Shown here piece after piece: positions 52,620 through 64,000 of a DNA stretch of 64,000 bases; the stretch's first letter is position 1, and every line of letters begins with the position of its first letter. The notes beneath the pieces were generated by a model. That model ran no database searches and was not told where the DNA came from. It was given only the letters and a program-made list of their open reading frames with translations. The DNA comes from Anaeramoeba ignava BMAN. Taxonomy: Eukaryota > Protista > Anaeramoebae. The stretch lies in assembly GCA_028826165.1 (NCBI GenBank), contig JAPDFW010000022.1:378757-442756 (forward strand), in the 5' to 3' direction. Made by a program: the position numbers and the translations under genes.

Positions 52620-53142
52620 ATGACAACTCTTAGAGATTATGTTGATAGTAATTTATTTTGAATTTAATTAAAATTAAAAAAAGTTTCAATTTATTATATC
52701 AATTTTTAAATACAATTTTTTTATAAAATTTTTAACAGAAAAAGTTGCTGTTATTTCATGTGATGGTCGTTTTATTGTTGTAAATTAATATTGATAATAT
52801 TTAAATTAATATTTATATCAATTTTTAAATTTATATTAATATTTATTTTAATTTAAAGGGAATATTATTTGGATTTGATCAAGCAATTAATATTATCTTG
52901 AAAGATTGTGAAGAAAGAATCATTTCAGAAGATCGTTCAATTAAAAAAGTTCAATTAGATCATATAGAAATTCTTAGAGGAGATGATATGTAAAAATTTA
53001 AAAATTTAAAATTTAAAAATTTAAAATTAAAAAATTATTTTATTTTTTTTGTAGTGTTTTAATTGGAGAATTTGATACAAATTTTGAAGATCAATTTGAA
53101 TCTGGAATGAAAACAGATCCAATTAAACCATTAGTTCATTAG
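52620..53142 (+). CDS. LSM8: LSm8; exons 52620-52647, 52739-52779, 52859-52989, 53055-53142 (95 aa)
   Basis: Spliced product MTTLRDYVDKKVAVISCDGRFIVGILFGFDQAINIILKDCEER...ILRGDDIVLIGEFD...DPIKPLVH shows Sm1/Sm2 motifs and an LSm8-type C-terminus. Confidence 0.9.
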
Positions 53143-53226
53143 GAAAAGAAATAACAATTTAAAGAAAATATTCTTTTTTTTTTTACTCAGAAATAAATTT
53201 GAATAAAAAATAAAAAATAAAAATAT

Positions 53227-56200
53227 TTAATCAAACTTTAATGAACGAAAATCTTCTCTGCAATGAAACAATCTCATAATTTGATCATTTTCAAGACGAA
53301 TTTCCTTTTTGATATTTTTCAAATTACTTGGGGAAACAACAAAAATATTAGCCATCTCACGCAAAACAACAAATTCTTCTTCAACAGCTTTGATACCAAA
53401 TTTAGTAACACATTCAGAATAGAATAAAACATCTTGTAAAAGTTGAAGACCGCCTTGAGTATTATATTTAAATTTCTCGAAATGATGAAGCAAGATATTT
53501 TTCCATTTGATTCCAAAATTTGAAAGAAAAATAACGGAATTCTTGCCAATTAAAGTAGCCTTTACTTTCGAATAACCAAATTGGCAAACTCAATTGATTT
53601 TCTGCATCCAAAAGTGGATTTGTTTTCCAAATAACCTGGAGTTCCTTTATCCTGTTTGATCAGGAAATCGGATTTTTTTTGGAGCGACAAAATCGCTTTG
53701 ATTCTGTCGATCACGCGGAACATTAATTGATGAATTCCGCTTGAAATCTTTGATTCAAGAACATTAACAAGCTTTGATTTATCGGCTATTGCCATTGTTT
53801 GGTCGTTTCGTGATTCCATTAGTTCGGAAATCACATAAATTGAGCTAAAACGCTCAAATAAATGAGTGATTTGAGTAATAGTTTTCACAACATCCAAAAA
53901 ATCCAAATCGGGAAATTCCATCAAATCAACATGTTTATGATGAGTGATTAACGCGTTGATTTTTTTTGCGCTTGCATCTGTGGAAATATTTGAAAGCCCG
54001 TAATTAATTAATTTTTCTAAATATTCTGATAAGTGACCAGTCATTGCTGAATATATTTTCCGAATATTCTCAATTACACTAAAATCGGGCGAAAGAATTT
54101 TTGCCCTTTCAATTGCTTGGGATGTTTCTTGGAAAAAAAGAAGCGCCAAATTTAACGGTGTGTGGATCTGTTCTTTTGAAGGGTTTGCTTGTGTTTGTGA
54201 GTTGAAATTATTGGGTATTTCTTTTGGTGTTTTTTTGGAACTTTCCTTTTTGCCATGACTTTTTTTTTCGCCCAAGTTTTTGAAGAATTTAAATCGCGAA
54301 GAAGATGTCTGCTTGATTTTTTGGGAAATTAAATTATTGACCTGAATGTTTTTGATTTTTTCTTCGATAAAAATGCGTTCCAATTCTTGGAGTTCAAGAT
54401 CCAAGTAGCGTAATTTGTAATCCCGAAAAATATCTTGAACCAATTGGAAAACATCTGAGTCTCCAATTTCAAATTCATCGAGATCCTTCTCAAATTTAAG
54501 TATACTTTGATAAACAGTGAATTGCAGTTTAAGATACAATCCCAAATCGTCTTGAATGTTTTTCGGGAGCAATTCTGTGATATAAGATGATATTCTTTTG
54601 AATATTTCCTTGATCAAAATGCGCATAACTTTTGATGGGAACGGGAAAACTTGCTTTATCACTTGCTTTTCTTTTCTTAAATCGGTTAATAATTTACTGT
54701 AAAATTTTTCCAAAACTCTTTTAGCAGTTTGGATTTTTTGGGTTTCATCAATATCCAAACTTGCAATTTGTATTTGTCTTTCTCTTCCTTGATAAATATT
54801 TTTTCTAGATCTGATGTATTCTTGAATGCAAGTTTGATTGTCATCAAAAAGAAGCATGATATGGAATTGTTTCTTTAAAAAATTTGTTTTTTGTTTTTTT
54901 TTTTTTTGATTTAAAATTTCTTTTGATTTTTTTTTTAAATTTTTCATAATATTTGATTTACTTTCATTTCTTGAAAGTTTCTTTTTTCTGAAGCTTCTTT
55001 AAAATACTGAACAATTTTTTCTTTTTGTTTTTTTTGTTCTTCTTCTATTTTTTCTTTAGTTTTTGGATCAATGCGAATATCTTGTGATATTTTATAAAGT
55101 TCTGTGATAATTCTTGCTGCTTCTTCTATTGGTTCTTTTTGTAGATTAGATTCTGGGTTTTTTTCTTGGGGATCATCAAATTTAAGGAAATATTCTAAGA
55201 TTTTTCTTGCTTTGATTGCTCTTTCTCTTTGTCTTTCTGCTGTTTGTAAGACTTTGCCGATGCTTGTTATTTGTTTTCCAACAAGTCCGACATGTTCTTC
55301 AAAGGAGTTTAAATTAGAAAAAATTCCCTTTTTAAATTCAAATATAAATTTTAATTTAATTTAATAAATTTTAATTTAATTTTAATTTTAATTTTAATTT
55401 AAATTTATAAATGAATTTTAATTTAAATTTTATAAATGAATTTTAATTTAATTTAATAAATGAATTTTAATTTAGTTTAATAAATAAATTTTAATTTAAT
55501 TTAATAAATAAATTTTAATTTAATTTAATTTAATAAATGAATTTTAATTTAATTTAATAAATGAATTTTAATTTAATTTTAATAAATGAATTTTAATTTA
55601 ATTTTAATTTAATTTTAATTTAATTTAATAAATTAATTTTAATTTTAATTTAATTTAATTTAATAAATTAATTTTAATTTGATAAATTAATTTTAATTTA
55701 ATAAATGAATTTTAATTTAATAAATTAATTTTAATTTAATTTAATAAATGAATTTTAATTTAAATTTAATAAATGAATTTTAATTTAATTTTATAAATTA
55801 ATTTTAATTTAATAAATGAATTTTAATTTAATAAATGAATTTTAATTTAATTTAATAAATAAATTTTAATTTAATTTAATTTAATTTAATAAATGAGTTT
55901 TAATTTAATTTAATAAATGAATTTTAAATAATTTAATAAATGAATTTTAATTTAATAAATTAATTTTAATTTAATTTAAATGAATTTAATTTAATTTAAT
56001 AAATGAATTTTAATTTAATTTAATTTAAATAAATGAATTTTAATTTAATTTAATAAATAAATTTTAATTTAATAAATTAATTTTAATTTAATTTAATAAA
56101 TTTAAATTAATTTAATAAATAAATTTTAATTTAATTTAATAAATTAATTTTAATTTAATTTTATTTGAATTTAATTTAATTTTAAATTTAATAAATTAAT

Positions 56201-57324
56201 TTTAATTTAATAAATTAATTTTAATTTAATTTAATAAATTAATTTTAAATTAATTTTTAATTTAATAAATTAATTTAATTTAATTTAATAAATTAATTTT
56301 AATTTAATTTTAATAAATTAATTTTAATTTAATTTAATAAATAAATTTTAATTTAATTTAATTTATAAATGAATTTTAATTTAATAAATAAATTTTAATT
56401 TAATAAATAAATTTTAATTTAATAAATAAATTTTAATTTAATAAATAAATTTTAATTTAATAAACTAATTTTAATTTAAATTTAATAAATTAATTTTAAT
56501 TTAATTTAATAAATGAATTTTAATTTAATAAATGAGTTTTAATTTTAAATTAATTTATAAATAATTTTAATTTTTAATTTAATAAATGAATTTGAATTTG
56601 AATTTTAATTTAATTTAATAAATTAATTTTAATTTAATAAATTAATTTTAAATTAATTTTTAATAAATTAATTTTAATTTTAATTTAATAAATGAATTTT
56701 AATTTAATTTAATTTAATAAATTAATTTTGATTTAATAAATGAATTTTATTTTAATTTAATAAATGAATTTTAATTTAATTTAATAAATGAATTTTAATT
56801 TAATTTAATAAATTAATTTAATAAATAAATTTAAATTTAAATTTAATAAATGAATTTTAGTTTTTAAAAGGAAATTTGGAAATCTACACTAAGATTTTGT
56901 TTAAATTGAGATATAGCATGTTCATAATCAAGTGTTAATTTCATCACATCTTGTTCTAATATTTGTATTTCTTGAATTGTCTTGTTTGTTTATTTATTTG
57001 TTTGTTTTTGTTTTTGTTTTTGTTTTTGTTTGTTTTTTTTAAAAAATTTTGAAAATAAAATTTATTTACATTTTTCCTTAAAGATGAAATTTCAGGAAGA
57101 GATGAATCAATTGCTGAAATAAAAGGTGTAAAATTTGTTTGAAAATTTTCTTCTTCAGAATTTTTTAAAGAACTTTTTTGTTTTTTTTGTTTTTGATTAA
57201 TTTGAATTTCTTGATTAACTTCTGAATAAATTTGCTCAAGAAAAACATTCTCATCAATATCTTCTGAGAACATTTCAAGAGGAAATTTATTTTTAGATTT
57301 TAATTTTAATGAACTTAAATTCAT
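53227..57324 (-). CDS. SEC10: Exocyst subunit Sec10; exons 57324-57070, 56980-56888, 55327-54962, 54872-53227 (1-nt frameshift near 53565)
   Basis: N-terminal coiled coil with IGKVLQTAERQRERA; LSLQKKSDF; C-terminal GKN..FL..FG, YNTQGGLQLLQDV..Y, LREMANIFVVSPSNL. Confidence 0.88.
55340..56860. repeat. AT minisatellite (TTTAATAAATGAATTTTAA family) filling Sec10 intron 2
   Basis: Directly visible between donor 56887 and acceptor 55328. Confidence 0.9.
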
Positions 57325-57403
57325 TTAGAAAAAAAAAAATGAAAAAAAATTATTTTTATTTTTTTTTTTAATTTTTTAATTAATAAATGTTTTTGTAATT
57401 TTA

Positions 57404-57479
57404 ATGATGATAAAAAACATTAACTTCTTTCCCCAAATGACAAGTTTATTTGAGTGATTTTAATAATGTTTATGTCTGA
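57404..57479 (+). ncRNA. Box C/D snoRNA, putative guide for the LSU rRNA site equivalent to yeast G2395 (snR190/SNORD12 site)
   Basis: Box C ATGATGA 57404-10, D' ATGA 57437-40, box D CTGA 57476-79; antisense CTTCTTTCCCC 57424-34 is complementary to LSU GGGGAAAGAAG; flanks TGTTTTTGT/ACAAAAACA can pair. Confidence 0.8.
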
Positions 57480-57687
57480 AAAACAAAAACAAAAACAAAA
57501 AAAAATTTGTTTTAAATTCTTTTAAATTGTTTTTTTAAATTGTTTTTTTAAATTGATTTTTAAATTGTTTTAAATTGATTTTTTAAATTGATTTGTTTTC
57601 TTTCTCAAAAAATATAAATAAATATAAAAATAATGACGTATCTTAATTGATAAATTAAATAATAAATAAAAAGCAAAAAAAAACTTT

Positions 57688-57730
57688 TTTTCATTTTTTC
57701 ACTTTTTCATTTTTTCACTTTTTCATTTTT
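57688..57730 (+). promoter_or_regulatory. Tandem TCA(T/C)TTTT initiator-like elements
   Basis: Five copies just upstream of ATG 57738; the same motif lies upstream of most starts in the window, on the sense strand. Confidence 0.55.
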
Positions 57731-57737
57731 TAAAAAG

Positions 57738-59843
57738 ATGAGAATTAAACTAATAAACCCAAAAGAACAAGAACCAAGAGTTATTGAAGTTTCAAAAGAA
57801 GATACAATTCGAAATATTTTTCTGAATTCAAAGATGAAAATCAAAGATCTCAACAAAGCACAAATTCAATTCAAAAAGCACATACTCCCCTTAACAATAC
57901 CACAAAGAATAGGAATTAAAGTTGGAGAAAAAAAGCAATTAGAAGGAAATCTTGAGATTCCAAAAGAAATGAAACTGAAAAGATTCTACACAGAATTTCT
58001 ATATAAAGCAAACCCACCATCACGAAAAGTGACAGCAAAAAACAACGAGATCCAATTTTCAGACAATTTTTCAATCCAATTTCAACGGACATTAAGAGTT
58101 CCTGATTCTGATAAAACTTACTATCTTCCGCCGGGATTGGGGAACTTTCCCATTATGAGAGTTAACGACTTTAAGGACAAAATTCCCGATCACATGGCAA
58201 AAACAGGAGGTGTCTTTTTTCCGATGCACCAACGCGAGGCAATGTGGATTAACTTTAGAGGATGGGAACATTGCGCAGTGAAAATTTCTGCCGGAAAAAT
58301 TTGTGCCGTTTCCGGCAAACCTTATACACCAGGACTTTCTCAAAAACCACAAAACTACTGCGCTATTCCAAGACAACCGTGGCTGGACGGATTCAATTCT
58401 GGCGACGGTTATGTGCGTCAGTTCGTCGCTATGCCGCTCGGAAAAGGCTACACTGTGGAGAAACAGTTGACAGGCAAAGAGGACGTTGGAGGGATCCAAA
58501 TTGAATACATTCCTGGCATGAAACAAGACGCAAGAATCACGCAAATTGACAAGCATTTTGTGGATTACAACGACTATTTGAACATTGACTCGACACCAGA
58601 AAAACTTGGACTGGCAAAAAATCAAATGATATATATGCAGTCGGATTCATTGAATTTGCAAAAGGAATCAACTGTGGAAGATTTCGATATCGAGGATGGC
58701 GACGAAATAACGCTTATCGATTCCGATCTCTTTGATCTAAGAGTAACATGCAATATAAATTCTCAGATGTTAGAAACGTCCGTTAAAGTTTGGTCCGAAA
58801 TCACTTTTGGACAGGTCAAAAAAGCTGTTGCCGAGAAAATCAAGAACAATGTGCACGTCGAAGCGGAGGATCTTATTGTGTTTGTGCAGAAAAAAGAAGT
58901 TGGCGACGAGGAGACTATCGAGTCGAAACATCTTGGATTATATTCAAGCGTCAAGATCACCAACAAGCAAAGCCTTCTTTTGACAATCAACTCAATCACT
59001 GACTCGAAAACATATCCTGTTTACACCTCTTCAAGTGTGACTGTTCGCGTGCTGAAATCAATGATTAATTTCTGCTATGGCTTCTCAACAAATGGACAAA
59101 TCCTTGTTCTTGGTGATCACGAACTTTTGGATCATCACTCGCTGTCACACTATCAAATTTCTCAGTCAAAAAACAACATCCTCAACTTACTTGTCATTTC
59201 TTCATCGTTTGAAATTTACGTCAAAACACTAACGGGCAAAAGACTCACAATCGAAGTTGACCCAAGTGACACAATTGAGAATGTCAAGGCAAAAATTCAA
59301 GATAAAGAAGGAATTCCTCCCGATCAACAGCGTCTCATTTTCGCAGGAAAACAACTTGAAGACGGTCGCACACTTAATGACTACAACATCCAAAACGAGT
59401 CCACTCTGCATCTTGTTCTGCGTCTTCGCGGCGGTGGCGGTGGCGAAGAAGCTGCCGAAATGGGGATCGCTGCTGGTGGAAAAATCAAACAGAAAATTTA
59501 TTCTGATGATTCTTCTGTTGATGATTATCTTTTTGATTTCTCAAAACGCGTCTTTGTTCATGTCGTTAATTCCGTTCTTTTCAAACAAATTACTTCCGTT
59601 GATATGCCTTCAACTCCTATTTCTGCTTATACTTATACTTCTTCTGGTCTTCCTTGGTTTGATCTTTATGATGAGAAAATTCCTGATACTCTTCCTCCAA
59701 AAGTTCTTCAGGATATTAAGTCTGTTAAGAAAATGGACCAAGAATTCCAAAAGAAAATTAAAGAAGATCCTGATTTTGATGTTGGTTTTGTTATTTCTTA
59801 TGATATGGATGAGAAAGAAACAAATCAAAAGAAAAAGAAATGA
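57738..59843 (+). CDS. Uncharacterised conserved domain (FQRTLRVPD / REAMWINF / QPWLDG / QFVAMPLG ... GLPWF family) interrupted by ubiquitin-like domains and one near-canonical ubiquitin
   Basis: 701-aa intronless ORF. The ubiquitin at 59208-59435 differs from human ubiquitin at 9 of 76 positions by my count and ends LRLRGG; the host-domain motifs resume directly afterwards ([15 protein letters not shown]). Confidence 0.85.
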   Translation: MRIKLINPKEQEPRVIEVSKEDTIRNIFLNSKMKIKDLNKAQIQFKKHILPLTIPQRIGIKVGEKKQLEGNLEIPKEMKLKRFYTEFLYKANPPSRKVTAKNNEIQFSDNFSIQFQRTLRVPDSDKTYYLPPGLGNFPIMRVNDFKDKIPDHMAKTGGVFFPMHQREAMWINFRGWEHCAVKISAGKICAVSGKPYTPGLSQKPQNYCAIPRQPWLDGFNSGDGYVRQFVAMPLGKGYTVEKQLTGKEDVGGIQIEYIPGMKQDARITQIDKHFVDYNDYLNIDSTPEKLGLAKNQMIYMQSDSLNLQKESTVEDFDIEDGDEITLIDSDLFDLRVTCNINSQMLETSVKVWSEITFGQVKKAVAEKIKNNVHVEAEDLIVFVQKKEVGDEETIESKHLGLYSSVKITNKQSLLLTINSITDSKTYPVYTSSSVTVRVLKSMINFCYGFSTNGQILVLGDHELLDHHSLSHYQISQSKNNILNLLVISSSFEIYVKTLTGKRLTIEVDPSDTIENVKAKIQDKEGIPPDQQRLIFAGKQLEDGRTLNDYNIQNESTLHLVLRLRGGGGGEEAAEMGIAAGGKIKQKIYSDDSSVDDYLFDFSKRVFVHVVNSVLFKQITSVDMPSTPISAYTYTSSGLPWFDLYDEKIPDTLPPKVLQDIKSVKKMDQEFQKKIKEDPDFDVGFVISYDMDEKETNQKKKK

Positions 59844-60038
59844 TTTCTTTTTTTCATTAAAGTTTGATTAAAATTTTCCATTTTTTTCATTTTGAATTTG
59901 AATCAGATTTTATTAAAGAATGGATCCAATTTTTTAATTTTAATTTTAATTTTAATTTGAATTTTTTAATTTGAATTTTAAATTTGATTTTTAATTTTTG
60001 TTGTTGAAAAAAAAAAAGAAAAGAAAAGAAAAAGAAAT

Positions 60039-63000
60039 TCAATCATTTTGCTCATCTTCTCTTTTAGACTCTCTTGAATAAGAAAGTGAATACAATTGTT
60101 CTTCTTCAAAATGTGTGAATTCTGTGAACATTTTCTGAATTTCAAGAACATTTTTAATATTATAAGGTCTAAATTGAGAAATCAAAATTTCACGAATAGA
60201 ATGAGTTAAATTGCGGAATTTCATTTCATTTGGTTGTTTATTATCCTCTTGATTTTGATCAGAATCATCAAGAAACGCCAACTCAATCAAATGAATAGGA
60301 ATACAAGAAATAAACGGTTCTGAACTTAAATTTGCTTGACTTAATGCTTCGCGATAAAGTTTATATCCATTTTCACTATTCAACAATTTTTCAAACTCTG
60401 AAAATTTATTCATCATTTCATTTCCAACTTTCGACATAGTTTCTTTCAATCTTGAAACACTTTCATGTTTGATTCCAAGAAATATTGCAAAAAGTGTGCT
60501 AAAATTATTCAATTCCTTTAAATATCCACAAACTTCAATAAAAAATTCAATGTTTTTACTTCTTTCTTCTGCACTTCTTGGTCTTAATATTGATGTTGTA
60601 ACATACAATGAGAATTCTTGGCTTAGCTGAATAAATTCTCTTAAATTTTTTGAGCAAAATGTATTTTTTGCTTGATTCCAATTTTGTCTTAAAAATTCAG
60701 AAAATTCAATCTTGCTAAATCGTTTGTGCTCAAGAATTGTTAGTTGATTTGCAATTTCTTGTGCGTTTAAATCAAATATTGTTGCATTTTCCCATTCAAT
60801 ATTTTTTGGGATTTGAGGTGGAGATGTTTTTATTGATTTAAACTTTTTTAAATAATTTTTGTCTTCAATTCCAAACTACAAAAAATAAATATAAATAAAA
60901 TATAAATATTTAAAATATAAATATTTAAAAATATAAATATAAATATAAATATAAATATAAAATATAAATATAAATATAAATATAAATATAAATATAAAAT
61001 ATTTAAAATATAAATATAAATATAAATATTTAAAATAATAATAAATATAAATATTTAAAATATAAATATAAATATAAATATTTAAAATATAAATATAAAT
61101 ATAAATATAAATATAAATATAAATATAAATATAAATATAAATATAATTATAAATATTGTAATTGTAATTTTAAATTAATTTATTTGGAAATTTACATCAA
61201 CAACTTCAACATCAGTTGTAGAAACTTTCACTTTTTTTCCTTTACATGTTCCTTCTTGAAACTTTTTTTTACTTGAAGACAAAACAATAGCTTCACCTTT
61301 CTTTACAATTTGTTGAGTAACTTGATCTTGAGAATCACGAATAACAACTGCAATCTTTGATTTTTCAGGAATTCCTGAATCAAAATGTAATCTAGCAATA
61401 TTAACAAGTATCATTTTCCTAAAAAGCTCCAATTGCCCAATCTTCTCATATGATTCTTCGAGCGATTTCTGTGCTGCAACTTGTCTTTCCTTATTCTTGC
61501 GATAAAGTTTGATAATATTTTTTAAACTCTCTTCATTTTTTTGTTCATCTTGAATACTTGAATTGAGAATTTCAAAAATAAGCACTAAATTTTCTGAAAT
61601 TTCATCAATAATTTTGTTTTTTTCATCTTCGGAAATATCAATTTGATCTTGATTTAATTGCTTTTGAAATGTACTTAATAACGTTGGTTTATGTTGTATT
61701 TTTTTCACAGTATTTATTTTGTTGTTGCTGTTTTTTTTCGTCAGTTCATTATCATTTTTATCCAAATTTTGTTCTTGTTTCGGTGATTTTCTTTCTTCTT
61801 CAAACCTCATTTGATTTGCTTTGATTTCTTCTTCGATCCTTTGAATTTCATTTTTTTGGATTACCGATTCTTTCATATTATTCATTTCTTGTGAATCTTG
61901 AATATTCATCTCGTTTTCTTTGTCCAAATCAGTTTCGGTTTCACTTTCACTTCCACTTTCACTTTTTGTTTCACTTTGCGTTTCTGTTTTTTTCGTCTCA
62001 ATTTTTTCTTGTTTTTCTACTGGATTCTCTGCTATTTTTAAGTTAGGTAACGGTGCTCTTCTAAAATCAATTCCAAATTCTTTTTCTTTTTCGTTTTCTT
62101 TTTGTTTTTGTTTTTGTTTTTTTTCTTCAGATCTCGAAATTTTTTCCAAATTTGATAGTTTCTTTTTTTGTTTTGTATGCGCAATTATTTCTTGGATTGT
62201 TAATTTTTTTGGAATCTTTGGACTTGATGATTGTTGTTTTTGTAATCCACTATCTTCATTTAAAGCTGGAAGTGGTTGACTTAATGGATCAAAACTGGAG
62301 TGTGATTTTACAAGAGGTTTTGGTATATTATTATCTGGATTATTTTTTATTTTGTCTATAATTGAGTTTTGTTTTTTCATTCCTTTTATTCGATTTAAAA
62401 TTGATTCTTTTTCATTTTCTTCTGTTGGGTTTATTTGATTTTCCATTTCTCTTTGTTTTTTCATTTGTCTTATTCTATCTAATACTGAGTCTTTATTCAT
62501 TGCATTTTGATCTTGATTTTGGTCTTCATTTTGATCTTCTTGTTTTTGCTTTTTGATTCTATCTAAAATGGATTGTTTTTGATTATCATATTTTTCTTCA
62601 TTTTCCATTTCTCTTTGTTTTTTCATTTGTCTTATTCTATCTAATACTGAGTCTTTATTCATTGCATTTTGATCTTCATTTTGATCTTCTTGTTTTTGCT
62701 TTTTGATTCTATCTAAAATGGATTGTTTCTCATTATCATATTTTTCTTCATTTTCTTGTTTTTTCATTCCTTTTATTCGATTTAAAATTGATTCTTTTTC
62801 ATTTTCTTGTGTTGGGTTTATTTGATTTTCCATTTCTCTTTGTTTTTTCATTTGTCTTATTTTATCTAATATTGAATCTTTATCCATTACATTTTGATCT
62901 TCATCCTTATTTTCATTTTCACTTTCATTTTCATTTTCATTTTCATTTTCATTTTCATTTTCATTTTCATTTTGATTTTGATTTTCACTTTCATTTTCAC

Positions 63001-64000
63001 TTTCATTTTGATTTTCACTTTCACTTTCACTTTGGTTTTGGTTTTGATTTTGATTTTGATTTTGATTTTGATTTTGATCTTGATCTTCATTTTGATCTTC
63101 TTGTTTTTGCTTTTTGATTCTATCTAAAATGGTTTGTTTCTCATTATCATATTTTTCTTCATTTTCTTGTTGTTTCATTCCTTTTATTCGATTTAAAATT
63201 GATTCTTTTTCATTTTCTTGTGTTGGATTTATTTGATTTTCCATTTCTCTTTGCTTTTTCATTTGTCTTATTTTATCTAATATTGAATCTTTATCCATTA
63301 TATTTTGATCTTTATTTTTATCTTGATCTGTATCTTTGGCTCTATCCATTACATTTTGATCTTCATTTTCATTTTCTTGTTTTTGCTTTTTGATTCTATC
63401 TAAAATGGATTGTTTCTCATTATCATATTTTTCTTCATTTTCTTGTTGTTTCATTCCTTTTATTCGATTTAAAATTGATTCTTTTTCATTTTCTTCTGTT
63501 GGGTTTATTTGATTTTCCATTTCTCTTTGTTTTTTCATTTGTCTTATTTTATCTAATATTGAATCTTTATCCATTACATTTTGATCTTGATCTTGATCTT
63601 GATCTGTATCTTTGGCTTTATCCATTACATCTTGATTTTGATCTTGATCTATATCTTCATCTTCATTTTCTTGTTGTTTCATTCCTTTTATTCGATTTAA
63701 AATTGATTCTTTTTCATTTTCTTCTGTTGGTTTTATTTGATTTTCCATTTCTCTTTGCTTTTTAATTTGTCTTATTCTATCTAATATTGAATCTTTATCC
63801 ATTATATTTTGATTTAAAGGAATAGTTTTATCTTCATCTTTGATTTTTTCTAATTCTTTTTGTCTTTCTAATTCTTTTTGTCTTTCTAATTCTTTTTGTT
63901 TTTCTAATTCTTTTTGTCTTTCTAATTCTTTTTGTCTTTCTAATTCTTTTTGTCTTTCTAACTCTTTTTGTCTTTCTAATTCTTTTTGTTTTTCTAATTC
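60039..64000 (-). CDS. RasGEF (CDC25 domain) with HR1-like/SH3-like module and long repetitive N-terminal region; 5'-truncated; exons >64000-61196, 60875-60039
   Basis: IFDLNAQEIANQLTILEH, FIEVCGYLKELNNFSTLFAIFLGI, VSRLKET, YKLYRE, LYSLSYSRE; phase-0 intron 61195-60876. Confidence 0.88.

Noticed and set aside
53562-53564. Stop-codon reassignment or readthrough in Sec10
   Set aside because: Homology continues in a different frame, and TAA, TAG and TGA all act as normal stops elsewhere in the window.
58092-59871. Overlapping antisense and alternative-frame ORFs in the ubiquitin-fusion gene and other long exons
   Set aside because: Shadow ORFs of the real CDS with no recognisable motifs.

Overview
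Very AT-rich, gene-dense eukaryotic DNA using the standard code and GT-AG spliceosomal introns, with many introns and post-stop regions inflated by AT tandem repeats. The intein, TCA(T/C)T initiator-like motifs and prokaryote-like genes suggest an anaerobic metamonad such as Anaeramoeba (inference only). Protein genes in order: exportin-1/CRM1 (5'-truncated, carrying an intein with a degenerate LAGLIDADG region), a secreted DUF7948-like protein, WDR91, an RGS-DH-PH-MORN protein, ELP2, a large multi-PH-like protein with TPKK repeats, the TSET subunit TTRAY1/TWD40-1, a giant (PH-HR1-like-SH3)n-RasGAP, a small GCGC-motif prokaryote-like protein, a five-exon Rab, LSm8, exocyst Sec10, an uncharacterised domain interrupted by a ubiquitin array, and a RasGEF. 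Rab and LSm8 are absent from the ORF track. Two intergenic guide RNAs were found by eye: a box C/D snoRNA matching the LSU Gm2395/snR190 site, and a single-hairpin H/ACA-like RNA ending in AGA whose pocket fits the SSU Psi801 site. Several homopolymer frameshifts and one repeat-overwritten exon look like assembly errors. All calls rest on motif recognition from memory; no searches were run.
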